A stretch of DNA of 64,000 nucleotides from an uncultured virus (IMG/VR IMGVR_UViG_3300037418_001250). Lineage: Duplodnaviria > Heunggongvirae > Uroviricota > Caudoviricetes. Position numbers and translations under genes: made by a program. This document shows, piece by piece, positions 44,616-54,242 of the stretch (its first letter is position 1; each line of letters opens with the position of its first letter). Under the pieces are notes generated by a model, which did no database searches, had not been told where the DNA came from, and saw only the letters and a list, made by a program, of their open reading frames with translations. Location: IMG/VR virus record IMGVR_UViG_3300037418_001250; one strand, written 5' to 3'.

Positions 44616-45761
44616 CTAGGCCGCCTCGCTCTTGTCGAAGCGAGCCAAGTATTCGTCGATCAGGTCGTAGGCGTGCTGGCGCTGTTCCGGCGTAAAGCGA
44701 TCGCTGGCGATCGTCGTTTCTTGCCGGTCGAAGACGGCCTGCACCTGCGATGCCGATTTCGCCTTCTTCAATTCGGCTTCGAACTTGCTGAAATAGCGCG
44801 CCACCGGATCGGCGAGTGGCTCCCCCGTCGCCGGTTGCGCTTGGGGAGCACTTTGGGGCGACGGGGTTGCTACTTGAGCCGCAGCCGTTTGATTGATCGG
44901 CGGCGGCATCAGGGTCGAGCCAGCGGCGGGCGGCAGCGGCGCATGTGCTTGCTGGGGGGCAGCAGGGCTCGATGCGGTCGCGGAAATTTCCGGCGGCATG
45001 AGGGCGCCTCCGGCGATACTGCCCGCCACTGGTTTGGCGGCGTTATTGAACTCGTAAAGAGTGTCGTCTCTCTGAAAGATCGCCATGAGACTGTCGGGCA
45101 CCGCCGGGACCGACTTCAAGCCGCGCTTGGCAACGGTTTTCCTGCACGCCTCCCCGAAATACTTCGTCCAGAGGTCGCCGTTTTTGACTTTTGAACTTTC
45201 GCGCACGACGAGGATTTGCGCGAGGCTCATGACTTCGCGGTGTATGATGACGAGCGAGTTGTCGGGCATCAGCTTGCGAAAGATCGCATAAGCGCCGACG
45301 ATCTCGCCGCGGTCTTTGTCGAGTGGCGGGTCTTCGTGCTCGATCCGGCCATTGTCGCCGCGCACCACTTTGAAGTGGTCGTTGGCATGGACGACTTCGG
45401 CCTCGATGTAGATCGAGGCGAGTTCGATGGCGCGTTTTCGGACGCCGAGGATCATCGGTATCCATACGCACGCGTCGATCCAAATGTCCTTGCCGTTGCG
45501 CCTGACCTTTGTCGAATAGACGTTGATGACGCCCTCTTTGCCGTCCGGCTTGAGGCCATCCGTGGCAGCCATGCGAACGGCACGCCAGAAGGACAGCCGG
45601 TCAGCCTGTAGAAGCTCTGGGCGCGTCGCCACCGCCATGTGCAGCGTCGAGATAAAGCGGTCTTCATCCTCGGGTCTTGGCAGCGAGGCGACAATGTCGT
45701 TGCGCTGCTGCTGCAGCTCTTCGGCAAAGCTATTGCGGTCATTGCTGGCGACTTGCGTCAT
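44616..45761 (-). CDS. recT: RecT-family ssDNA annealing recombinase
   Basis: A.DGL.PDG.EG, V..ND.F...G...I.H, RGEIVGAYA, W...F.E..RKTV.KR..K. Confidence 0.88.
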   Translation of the reverse strand: MTQVASNDRNSFAEELQQQRNDIVASLPRPEDEDRFISTLHMAVATRPELLQADRLSFWRAVRMAATDGLKPDGKEGVINVYSTKVRRNGKDIWIDACVWIPMILGVRKRAIELASIYIEAEVVHANDHFKVVRGDNGRIEHEDPPLDKDRGEIVGAYAIFRKLMPDNSLVIIHREVMSLAQILVVRESSKVKNGDLWTKYFGEACRKTVAKRGLKSVPAVPDSLMAIFQRDDTLYEFNNAAKPVAGSIAGGALMPPEISATASSPAAPQQAHAPLPPAAGSTLMPPPINQTAAAQVATPSPQSAPQAQPATGEPLADPVARYFSKFEAELKKAKSASQVQAVFDRQETTIASDRFTPEQRQHAYDLIDEYLARFDKSEAA

Positions 45762-45785
45762 CTGAGGGCTCCAGTCTCGATCGGA

Positions 45786-46859
45786 TTAGGCGGCGATTTT
45801 TTCGGTGACGATCTTGGCGGTCGCGACTTTCTTGCCCGCGTTGAGCATCCGGCGCGCGAGCTTGGTGATGAGGTCTTCGAGTTCGGCCTTGCACTCATCG
45901 TCGGCGAGGATCGCCTTGGCGGCTTTTGCCATGTCGCCGATCTGAACGACGGCGTGCTCGCGCAGGCCGATGGCCTTGCCGGTGTGGCCGCCGATCTTGA
46001 CCGGCTGCGCCGGTTCAAACGGCGGGCCTTCCTCATCGGCCTCGTCCGTCGCTTGCGCGGCGGCCGCTGCGGCCTTGGCCTTGGCTTCGTCTTCGGCCTT
46101 CTGCAACCAGATGGTCGCGAGGCGGCGGAGCACGGCGACGGTTTCGTCGAGTTTTTTGATGAAGGGGTTGTAGCGCTTGTCGACGGCGCGACCGGCCTCA
46201 AGGTGCGGCTTCTTTTCGACGGTGTGCATCTTGCCGGCCTTGCCCGATAACTCCCTGAGCGTGCCGATCTTGTTGCCGATGATGGTCGCCTGCTGCTCGG
46301 TTTCGATCTTGGCATCGGATTTCAGCCACGCCGCCGCGCCGTCGAGCGCCTCACCGATTTCAGCCATGAGCTTGCCGTAAGGGTCCTGCACCTCATTCGG
46401 CAACGCTGCCCCGTCGGCCGTGAAAGCCTGAGCCTGAGCCTGAGCCTTGGCGACGGCGACGGCGGGATCAGCAAGGAACTCGATCAGCTCTCCGGTGTTT
46501 TCGGCTTCCTTGTAGAAGGCAACTTCGAGCCCAGGCGCCGCCTCGGGCGCTGCTTCGGCTGCGGCCTGGGGCGGCTCTTGCCCCGGCCAGTAGCCGTGCT
46601 CGAAATAGAACCGCGCGTCGGCTTCCGCGACCGGATGGCGGGCAAGTCCGACCCATTGCTTGTAAGGGTCAGCCGCCGTCAGCCCGACGCGGCAGAGAAG
46701 GTCGCCCGTCTGTGGACAACGCCAGATCGCCGCCGCCACCCAGGGCGCGTCCTTTCCGAAACGCCGTTTCCAGTAGCCGCATTCCGGCTTGTTGTGTGAA
46801 ATGGATAGCTTTTCGCCAGCTAGGGCCTTGAAATAATAGTCATAATCCGGGTTGCTCAT
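45786..46859 (-). CDS. phage protein of the recombination operon
   Basis: PECGYWK...W...AIW; EKKPHLEAGRAVD. Confidence 0.7.
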   Translation of the reverse strand: MSNPDYDYYFKALAGEKLSISHNKPECGYWKRRFGKDAPWVAAAIWRCPQTGDLLCRVGLTAADPYKQWVGLARHPVAEADARFYFEHGYWPGQEPPQAAAEAAPEAAPGLEVAFYKEAENTGELIEFLADPAVAVAKAQAQAQAFTADGAALPNEVQDPYGKLMAEIGEALDGAAAWLKSDAKIETEQQATIIGNKIGTLRELSGKAGKMHTVEKKPHLEAGRAVDKRYNPFIKKLDETVAVLRRLATIWLQKAEDEAKAKAAAAAAQATDEADEEGPPFEPAQPVKIGGHTGKAIGLREHAVVQIGDMAKAAKAILADDECKAELEDLITKLARRMLNAGKKVATAKIVTEKIAA

Positions 46860-46870
46860 GGCGCCTTAAC

Positions 46871-46917
46871 CTTTCCAATTTGGAAAGATAATAGCACAAG
46901 GTTTCACTTTCCGAAAC
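46871..46917. promoter_or_regulatory. OL-like tandem 17-bp operators
   Basis: CTTTCCAATTTGGAAAG and GTTTCACTTTCCGAAAC, 30 bp apart. Confidence 0.75.
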
Positions 46918-46984
46918 CAGCAAAATACTGGGGACGAAAAATCTCGCGACCGCGATCGGAAAGGTCTTGCCGCGCGAGGGAACC

Positions 46985-47641
46985 CTAGCCTTCAAACATC
47001 GTTTGAGACGCGAGCGCCAAACCCTTGACGGTCACCTGTGAAAGCGGGATGGGCTCTTGCGTCCCGGCGAGATCGCACAGCACGAGCACACCATCGATGC
47101 GCTGCAGCCGCCTGATAAGGATCTGCCGCAAGTTCTCCCGCTTGCGCTCAACGTGCAAAATGTCGGGCGGCACAAGCTGGCGCGCGACTTGCTTTACGTC
47201 GACAAACAAGAAGTGCGTAAGGCCGATTGAGGGGCTTCCGACTTCTACGGCATATTGCAGGGAGGGGTCGTAGCCGGGGTGGGGTAGAAATTCGACGGCA
47301 GGTCGATGCACTGGCATGTTAGGTCCGTTTTCTCGCCAATATCCTTCGAGCGCAAGCGCTACGACCGGAACGGAAATGATCTTTCCGGTAACGACGTTCG
47401 CAGGAACGTCGCCGGGGAGGGGAATGCCGAAATAGACGGAAGCCTGCTCAAGCTCGTGGGCTCTGATCGGCCGTGTTCCTCTAACCATTTTCGACACCAC
47501 CGGTTCCGATGACTTGAGGTGGCGCGCCAGTCCTGCTTGTGATTTTCCGGGGAGGCTAACGCCTCTCTGTAGCCATCGCGCATACTTTGCCTGTAACTCC
47601 GCTTGTTTTTCATCGCGCGTCGATCGTCTCGGCACCGGCAC
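46985..47641 (-). CDS. cI: CI-like repressor (XRE HTH plus degenerate S24-like domain)
   Basis: KSQAGLARHL......VSKM..G.R.I...EL; divergent from cro-like gene. Confidence 0.75.
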   Translation of the reverse strand: MPVPRRSTRDEKQAELQAKYARWLQRGVSLPGKSQAGLARHLKSSEPVVSKMVRGTRPIRAHELEQASVYFGIPLPGDVPANVVTGKIISVPVVALALEGYWRENGPNMPVHRPAVEFLPHPGYDPSLQYAVEVGSPSIGLTHFLFVDVKQVARQLVPPDILHVERKRENLRQILIRRLQRIDGVLVLCDLAGTQEPIPLSQVTVKGLALASQTMFEG

Positions 47642-47747
47642 ATTCCCTATTCACAAAACGAGCCACTAAAACCCAGAGCGGTCGCATGTGAAAGATGGCT
47701 TTTGCAAGGTCGACGCGAAGTCGGTTAATGCCGACGCCTACTGGCGT

Positions 47748-47785
47748 CTTTCCATTTTGACAAGTGGTTTCGGATAACGTAGTTG
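47748..47785 (+). promoter_or_regulatory. PR/OR-like promoter-operator
   Basis: TTGACA 47757 inside 17-mer CTTTCCATTTTGACAAG; TAGTTG 17 bp downstream. Confidence 0.65.
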
Positions 47786-47791
47786 TGGGTT

Positions 47792-48049
47792 ATGGAGAAT
47801 GGACTGAACCCGGCCGCCCGCGTGCTCGAAAAGCTGGGTGGCGAAAAGGCCGTTTCAAATGGCACCGGCATTCCGATCGACACCCTCTGGCGCTGGCAGC
47901 GTCCGCGGGAGCGCGATGGAACCGGCGGCCGCATCCCGCAGGAGCGGTGGGCGGTTTTGGTCGAGTACGGCCTGCGTATCGGCAAGCCATTGCGTTCGCA
48001 TGAATTGCAGGAAGAAGCCCTGCGCGAATTGATGGCGAAAGCCGGTTGA
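47792..48049 (+). CDS. cro: Cro/YdaS-like protein
   Basis: PAARVLEKLGG...V...G....LWRW......GTGG.IP. Confidence 0.75.
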   Translation: MENGLNPAARVLEKLGGEKAVSNGTGIPIDTLWRWQRPRERDGTGGRIPQERWAVLVEYGLRIGKPLRSHELQEEALRELMAKAG

Positions 48050-48289
48050 GTTTCTGAGTTTTTGAGTTTCGCGTCATTGTGAGCGTCGTTTGGCGGTTCG
48101 CCGTCAGGGGGAAGCTATGTTCACGCCACGCGAAGTCTTGCCGCTCGGCGGGGCGGCGAAAATTTCGGTTGCGCAGATACTTTCTGATCTCGCAACTCCC
48201 ATGCCAATCTCGAAACTCGCGATGTCCGCGCCGTCCGGCGACGGCCGCGACGGCTGCCGGTTTCAAATTGAGCCGGAGGCCCGCCGCTG

Positions 48290-48943
48290 ATGGCGCCAGA
48301 GCCTCAAAATGGTGCGGTTGGGACGCCCTGGTCGAAGGCGATGATCGACGACTTGAAGGCCTTGCTCGGCGAAGGCCAAAGCTTCGGCAGAATAGCCAAG
48401 GTACTGAGCGCAAAATACCGACCCGTCACGCGCTCCGCCGCCATTGGCAAAGCCACACGCCTTAAACTCGCTGGCCGCGGCGCCAGCTTCGGCACAACCG
48501 GGCGCCGCAAACCAACCCTTCGCGTCGCCCCGGTAAGCCGCAAACAAAGCTCGCAGAATGCCAAGTCGAGCCCGTGGCGCGCGGCGTCAAAGACCGCTCT
48601 TCAAAACATTCTGGAGAAGGCGCCAGCCGACCTTGTTCCCGAGCCCGATGTCGTTGCGGCCGGTGAACGTCAATCAATTCTAAGACGCAACAAAAACGGC
48701 GACATAGAGGCCAATCCGCTGTTCACGGCAAAGTCATGCCGCTGGCCGATCGGCGACCCGACCTCGGACGATTTTTACTTCTGCTGCCGCGAGGCGGTGG
48801 CTGGCGCGCCCTACTGCGAAGCGCACGCCCGGCGCGCCTACGTGCCACTGCAAACGAAGCGGCAGCAAAAAGCAAATTCAGTGCAAGCGTTGAGCGACAA
48901 GAGAGAGACGAATGAAATCGGCAGGGCTCGGACAGCTCTTTAG
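48290..48943 (+). CDS. gcrA: GcrA cell-cycle regulator homologue
   Basis: W......LK.L..EG.S...IA..L...TRSA.IGK..RL.L; CRWPIGDP...F.FC......PYC..H...AY. Confidence 0.9.
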   Translation: MAPEPQNGAVGTPWSKAMIDDLKALLGEGQSFGRIAKVLSAKYRPVTRSAAIGKATRLKLAGRGASFGTTGRRKPTLRVAPVSRKQSSQNAKSSPWRAASKTALQNILEKAPADLVPEPDVVAAGERQSILRRNKNGDIEANPLFTAKSCRWPIGDPTSDDFYFCCREAVAGAPYCEAHARRAYVPLQTKRQQKANSVQALSDKRETNEIGRARTAL

Positions 48944-50069
48944 TAGCGGCACGCGGCTGCTGATGAGCGCGGCGCTTTTCACGTTGGGTTGCGGGGCTGC
49001 TTGGCTCACGATCCAGATGAACAGAAACCTCGGCGCCTCGCTCGGCATCGGCGAGCTGGGGCAGTTTTATCAATCCAACAGCGCCACCGTCATCGACGCG
49101 GGCGCGATCTTTTTCGCGCTTTACGCGGGCATGATGATGCGCGACCGGCGCTGGCTTTTGTTCGCCGGAGCGGGGGCGCTTGCGCTCGTGCTTGGCTTTG
49201 CGTCCTGGACCGGCGTCTTCGGCTTCGGCGCCAAGGAACGCATCGGCAAGGCGGCGACGATCGAAATGCAGAACAAGGCCGCCATCGACGCGGCGACGTT
49301 CGCCCGCGACGAGCAGGCCAAGCGCACCGACGGCTATTTGGCTTGGCTCAAAGGCACGGCGAGCGAAGTCAGGGGCCGGGTGACGCGGCAGACCTATCTC
49401 GAACAGGCGACGAAGGTCGTGTTAACGCCGGTCAAGGTCGAGACACCGACGATCACGCAAGCCATCGCCGATCCGCAGGCGAGGGTCTTTGCCCAGCTCG
49501 GCAACTGGATCGACGGCGGCAAGATCACCGATGACGTCGACCCCAAAAAGATCGAGCTTACCGAGCTGAAACTGATCTTCATGATTTCGGCGCTCGTCGT
49601 CGGCGTCAAGGTCATGGCGTTCTTTTTTGCCTCCGCCGTCTGGCCGAAGGCCGCCGCAGCAAAAATCGAAACGAAGGGTGAGAAGGAGCGGGCCGATCCC
49701 GCGCCTTCGCCCGCCGTTGAAAAGAGCGCTGAGCCGCCGCAGCCGTCGGCGACGATCATCGACCATCCCAAAAAGACGGAAGCCGAAGCTCAGCCCGGCG
49801 TCACCGATATTTCGCGCGCCCGCGAGCGCAAGATCGTCGAAGAGTTTTTTGCTGACGAAGTGGTGCTCGGCAAGGGCGGCCGCGCCAAGGCCGCGACCGT
49901 CTATCAATGGTTCGCCGATTGGTCGAAGCGCAGCAAGTACCCGCTGATCTCGAACTCGCAGTTCGGCCGCATCTGCACCGAGCTGCAGATCGAGCGCACG
50001 ACCGATGGCCGTCACAACTTCTACGCCGTGCAGCGGCGTCAGGGCCAAGCCTTCAAGAAGGTCGCCTGA
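48912..50069 (+). CDS. multi-TM protein with C-terminal winged-helix-like domain
   Basis: About 4 hydrophobic helices; A..VY..F..W.......S...FGR. Confidence 0.6.
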   Translation: MKSAGLGQLFSSGTRLLMSAALFTLGCGAAWLTIQMNRNLGASLGIGELGQFYQSNSATVIDAGAIFFALYAGMMMRDRRWLLFAGAGALALVLGFASWTGVFGFGAKERIGKAATIEMQNKAAIDAATFARDEQAKRTDGYLAWLKGTASEVRGRVTRQTYLEQATKVVLTPVKVETPTITQAIADPQARVFAQLGNWIDGGKITDDVDPKKIELTELKLIFMISALVVGVKVMAFFFASAVWPKAAAAKIETKGEKERADPAPSPAVEKSAEPPQPSATIIDHPKKTEAEAQPGVTDISRARERKIVEEFFADEVVLGKGGRAKAATVYQWFADWSKRSKYPLISNSQFGRICTELQIERTTDGRHNFYAVQRRQGQAFKKVA

Positions 50070-50077
50070 AAACAGAA

Positions 50078-50102
50078 ACCCCGCCGGCAAGGGCGGGGCT
50101 TC
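50078..50102 (+). terminator. hairpin/terminator (tR1-like)
   Basis: CCCCGCC/GGCGGGG stem, weak T-tract. Confidence 0.45.
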
Positions 50103-50275
50103 GAAGCTTGGGAACGAAGAATTTCGGGGCGGTAACCCCATCATCGGAACGAGCCTATGAACCGTGATTTACTCCAGCCTGTCAATGGTCAATCAGCCGC
50201 CGACACCGATCAGTGGGTGCGGCTTTCCTGGCACGTCAGCCGCATCGTGCGCCGTCTCAGATTGAGGGCTGCACC

Positions 50276-50461
50276 ATGAAGCATATGAAGCGGCCGCCGC
50301 CTCTCGTCGAGATCACGCAGTTTCCGCCCTGGCGCCAGCAGCTCATCGCGCAGGTGCATTCGGTCGACTACGACGACCGGCTGACAATCGAGGAAAAATA
50401 CGACCGCGTCATGCTCGCCTTCCGGCAGGTTCTCGAACCGAATATCGGGAGAGAGGAATGA
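50276..50461 (+). CDS. hypothetical protein
   Basis: GAGGG SD; ATGA coupling. Confidence 0.5.
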   Translation: MKHMKRPPPLVEITQFPPWRQQLIAQVHSVDYDDRLTIEEKYDRVMLAFRQVLEPNIGREE

Positions 50462-51666
50462 GCGCCGTCACGGACCCAAGTGAGATCGCCGACCGGCTCG
50501 CGCACAACTCCAGCAGCGTCGATGACTGGCGTGTCAATCCCGGCGACTGGATCGCGCTCTCGCGCCGCGTCGAGTTTCACCCCGTTGTCGGCTTTGGCCT
50601 CACAGCGAAACCCAACGACCCACGCCGAAACACCTACAGCCGCGGCGAGGCATGGCAGAGCCTTCTGTTTCTCGCCAACTTCAAGCCCGGCCGCGTCACC
50701 AATAAGGGCGTCGTGATGAGCCTCGACGTCGGTCAGCTCATTGGCGGCACGCACTTTCTGGCGCAGCGGTGGAACTGGTCGCGCGCCGCCGTCAGATGGT
50801 TTCTCGACACCCTTGAGCGGGAAGGAATGATTACGCGCGGCGGTGACAAAACCGGCGAATCAAACAGCCACCAAAATGCCGACGCCAGAAAGAACACCGC
50901 GAACGCTATAACCATCTCGAATTACACGAAATTTCAGCTTTTGGAAAATGAGCTTGACAGGTTCGTTACGAGCCTCAAACAGCCACCGCACAACCACCGA
51001 GACGGCAAAATCGCAGCCACCGCAGCAGCCACCGAAACGGCCGCCGCAACAGCCACCGAGCCGTCTGGTAAAATGTCGAAAAAACAATCGTCTACGCTTC
51101 TGCCGAAGACCGCAACAGCCACCGACGCGGCCACCGCAACAGCCACCGACGCAACCACCGACGCGGCGATCCAGCAGCCACAAAACACTGTATCTATTAC
51201 TAAGAAAGAGGAAGGTTATTCCTCTTTGCCTCCTTCCCTTCCTACTACTGAAAATCTTCGTGTTGAGAGAGGGGTGCGGGGAGAGAGCAAAAACACTCCA
51301 GCGCCATCCAGCCCTTCGAGCAAAAAATCGGCGGCGCTGCATGGCACCCGGCTGGCGGCCGACTGGTTCCTGCCGCGCTCGTGGGGGCAGTGGGCGCTCG
51401 ACAACTTCCGCTGCACCGAAACGCAGGTTCGGCTCGAAGCCGATAGCTTTGCCGCCTATTGGCAATCGAAGCCCGGCCCCCAGGCCAAGAAGCTCGACTG
51501 GCAACAGACGTGGCAGAATTGGTGCCGGAAGGCGTTCGCCAAGGTCGCCAAGCCGAGAAGCCTGTTCAATGACAAACCGGCGTCAGCGGCGAAGCCTGAC
51601 CGCATGGCGGCCTACGACAAGGCCAATCTCGATGAGGGCATCGAGTTTCAGGGAGGCGGCGAATGA
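50458..51666 (+). CDS. replication initiator protein (lambda O-like organisation)
   Basis: WIALSR...GQ......LA.RW.W....V..FL..LE..GMI; GTRL..DW...F..YW...K.DW..TW.NW. Confidence 0.75.
   Translation: MSAVTDPSEIADRLAHNSSSVDDWRVNPGDWIALSRRVEFHPVVGFGLTAKPNDPRRNTYSRGEAWQSLLFLANFKPGRVTNKGVVMSLDVGQLIGGTHFLAQRWNWSRAAVRWFLDTLEREGMITRGGDKTGESNSHQNADARKNTANAITISNYTKFQLLENELDRFVTSLKQPPHNHRDGKIAATAAATETAAATATEPSGKMSKKQSSTLLPKTATATDAATATATDATTDAAIQQPQNTVSITKKEEGYSSLPPSLPTTENLRVERGVRGESKNTPAPSSPSSKKSAALHGTRLAADWFLPRSWGQWALDNFRCTETQVRLEADSFAAYWQSKPGPQAKKLDWQQTWQNWCRKAFAKVAKPRSLFNDKPASAAKPDRMAAYDKANLDEGIEFQGGGE
50865..51220 (+). repeat. iteron-like CAGCCACC repeats plus AT-rich tract: likely replication origin
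   Basis: CAGCCACC(G) at about 50865, 50980, 51014, 51026, 51049, 51116, 51140, then TGTATCTATTACTAAGAAA. Confidence 0.7.
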
Positions 51667-52262
51667 CCCGCTCCCTTTTCGACATTCTCGGTGAGTGGGG
51701 CGTCTACGGCATTCCCGACCGCATCGGCAAGCATCACACGACATGCCCTCGCTGCTCGAGCCAGCGCAAGAAAGCGAACCAGAAAAAGCGCGTGCTCGCC
51801 GTCTGGATCGGCCCCCGCAATGTTCGCTGCCACTGCATCCACTGCGGTTTCACCGACGCCGAATTTTTTGATGAAGGAAAGCCCGATGTTGCAAAAACTA
51901 AATCTAAATCCCGAGCACGCAACGTGGCTCGAAGAGGCGCGAAAAATCCCGAGCGAGCTGGCGGCGGAGATCGGCTTCGTGTCGCGCGGCCGGAACATAG
52001 CGTTCGAGTACCGCAAGAACGGCACGACGATGTTCCGCAAGGTCCGGTGCGAGACGAAGGACCCCGAGACGGGCAAGCGCGGCAAGACGTTTTTCATCGA
52101 ACCGGCGGGCGCAAAGTTATTTCTATTCAACGAGGATTGCCTGAACGAGCCGTGCGCGCCGACGGTGCCGCTGATTATCTGCGAGGGCGAGATCGACGCC
52201 GCGTCGTGGATGCAGGCGGGCGCAACGCGCGTTGTGTCCGTGCCGAACGGCGCCCGCGCTGA
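51663..52262 (+). CDS. primase zinc-binding domain (first ~70 aa; remainder looks out-of-frame)
   Basis: TTCPRCS..RKK......LAV........HCIHCG. Confidence 0.7.
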   Translation: MTRSLFDILGEWGVYGIPDRIGKHHTTCPRCSSQRKKANQKKRVLAVWIGPRNVRCHCIHCGFTDAEFFDEGKPDVAKTKSKSRARNVARRGAKNPERAGGGDRLRVARPEHSVRVPQERHDDVPQGPVRDEGPRDGQARQDVFHRTGGRKVISIQRGLPERAVRADGAADYLRGRDRRRVVDAGGRNARCVRAERRPR

Positions 52263-53385
52263 GGTCGGCACCGACGACATCGTGCCGGAGGAAGACACGG
52301 CGTTTTCCTATCTTTGGGAGGGCGGCCATCTCCGGCCGGAAATCGACCGGTTCCAGAAGATCATCATCGCCTCGGACGGCGATCGTGCAGGTCTTGCGCT
52401 GCGGGAAGAATTGTCGATCCGTCTTGGCCGTTCGAAGTGCTACGTCGTCACTTATCCCGACGGCTGCAAGGACGCCAACGACGTTCTGCAGACCTTCGGC
52501 GAGCGTGGGCAAGATATGCTCATGGACATGATCGACCGGGCGATCCCGCTTGTCGCCGACAAGCTGATCCCCTTGATCGATATTCCCGAGCGCGGTCCGA
52601 GGATCATCTATTCGGCCGGATGGGAAGGGCTCGACCCGCACTTCCGCGTCGTCATGCCGGAGCTGATCGTCGTCACCGGCCCGCCCGGTTCCGGCAAATC
52701 GCAATTCACGCTCTCCGTCTGCATGAACCTCGCGCGGCTGCACCACTTGAAAGGCGCAATTTTTCAGTTCGAGGACGATCCCGACCGCAACAAGCGGGAC
52801 ATTTTGAAATACGCGAAGTCGTGGGCGGTCGGCGCCGCTGACGGCAAGGGCGTCTACGTCGGCGAAGATTACCACGGCTGGGCAAGGCGCATGTTCTACG
52901 CCATATCGCCAGACGAAGACGACAACGCCGAGGTGACGTTCAATCTCGATTGGCTGTTTTCGACTATTCGCGAGGCGGTGGTCCGTCACGGCTGCAAGTG
53001 GGTATTGATCGATCCCTGGAATGAGATCGAGCACGTCTGGAAAATCAGCGAAAACGAGACCGGCTATACCAACAAGGCATTGCGCGACATCAAGCGGCTG
53101 GCGCGGCAGCTCGGCATTGCAATTTTCATCGTCGCGCATCCCTCGAAAGCGGCCGACGGTAAGACCATCGACGAATTGAACCTCTACCACGTCTCCGGCT
53201 CGTCAGCCTGGAAGAACAAGGCGGATCACGGCATCGTCGTCTTGCGTGACCCGGAAGACCCCGGCCAGACCTTCATCAAAATCGACAAGTCGAAGGACTG
53301 GCAAAAGATGGGGGTGCCGGGAAAGGTCACGATGGAGTTCGTCCCCGAGCGCGCGTCGTTCAAGTTCGTGAAGGGCGGGACGTGA
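51886..53385 (+). CDS. TOPRIM primase-DnaB-like helicase (T7 gp4/Twinkle-like)
   Basis: ICEGEIDA, SVPNGA, D.D.AG, CKDAND, VTGPPGSGKS, IDPWN, VAHP.K. Confidence 0.92.
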   Translation: MLQKLNLNPEHATWLEEARKIPSELAAEIGFVSRGRNIAFEYRKNGTTMFRKVRCETKDPETGKRGKTFFIEPAGAKLFLFNEDCLNEPCAPTVPLIICEGEIDAASWMQAGATRVVSVPNGARAEVGTDDIVPEEDTAFSYLWEGGHLRPEIDRFQKIIIASDGDRAGLALREELSIRLGRSKCYVVTYPDGCKDANDVLQTFGERGQDMLMDMIDRAIPLVADKLIPLIDIPERGPRIIYSAGWEGLDPHFRVVMPELIVVTGPPGSGKSQFTLSVCMNLARLHHLKGAIFQFEDDPDRNKRDILKYAKSWAVGAADGKGVYVGEDYHGWARRMFYAISPDEDDNAEVTFNLDWLFSTIREAVVRHGCKWVLIDPWNEIEHVWKISENETGYTNKALRDIKRLARQLGIAIFIVAHPSKAADGKTIDELNLYHVSGSSAWKNKADHGIVVLRDPEDPGQTFIKIDKSKDWQKMGVPGKVTMEFVPERASFKFVKGGT

Positions 53386-53428
53386 GTTTTTGTGCGTGCA
53401 GCGTTTCTAAAACAGAAAGAGGCAAACT

Positions 53429-53719
53429 ATGATGGACGTTGAGAAACTCGCCAGCCGGATAGAAGGCAAATACATCGCCTGGGTCGTCGATGATGAACTT
53501 GTACCCAAGTTGATCGTCGCCGTTTTTTGCGCGTCGGAGAATATCGCAATAGCGGAGATCAAAACCTGCGGCGCCGATCACTCCGACGTCGAAGAGATTG
53601 AATTGACCGGCGTCACGTTCTTCGACAGCGAAGCGGCGTGTCTGGCGCATTGCGACGAGCAAAACGCGATCGCTGATGCCGAGGAAGCTGAGGCTGCGGC
53701 CGGAAAGGCGGCAGCATGA
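53429..53719 (+). CDS. acidic hypothetical protein
   Basis: AGAGG SD overlapped by a 17-bp operator at 53403. Confidence 0.55.
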   Translation: MMDVEKLASRIEGKYIAWVVDDELVPKLIVAVFCASENIAIAEIKTCGADHSDVEEIELTGVTFFDSEAACLAHCDEQNAIADAEEAEAAAGKAAA

Positions 53720-54210
53720 ACCGGGTCACGCTCATTGGCTTCGTCGGTGCGGACCCTGAAATCCGCGCCGCCGGCAGCGGCAACAAGGTTGCCAACTTCA
53801 ATCTCGCCACCTCGAAGCGCTGGAAGGACAAACAGACCGGCGAGCAGAAGGAAAAAACCGAGTGGCATCGGATCATCTGCTGGGGCGACGGGCTCGTCGA
53901 CGTGATCGGCAGGTACGTCCGGAAGGGCTCGCAGCTTCTCGTTGAAGGCGAGCTGCAGACGCGCAAGTGGACCGACAAGCAGAACATCGAGCGCTACTCG
54001 ACGGAAATCGTCGTGCAGGGCTTCGACGGTCAGGTCCGGCTTCTCGATCGCGATAACTCGACGAGGCCGCCAGCGCCGCAGCAGCCACCGCAGGGCGCCA
54101 ATCTCGGCGGCTCGAGCGATCAGCACGCCAGCAACATGGTTCCGGCTTCGGCACCAAGCGACGGGCCGCCGGAATGGCATTCGCAGGTCAACAGCGAAAT
54201 CCCGTTCTGA
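53716..54210 (+). CDS. ssb: single-stranded DNA-binding protein
   Basis: MNRVTLIG.VG.DPE, TEWHRI, EG.LQTRKW, C-terminal EIPF. Confidence 0.97.
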   Translation: MNRVTLIGFVGADPEIRAAGSGNKVANFNLATSKRWKDKQTGEQKEKTEWHRIICWGDGLVDVIGRYVRKGSQLLVEGELQTRKWTDKQNIERYSTEIVVQGFDGQVRLLDRDNSTRPPAPQQPPQGANLGGSSDQHASNMVPASAPSDGPPEWHSQVNSEIPF

Positions 54211-54242
54211 GGAAAGTTCCGCCCGTGCTCGAAGAGGCCCAG

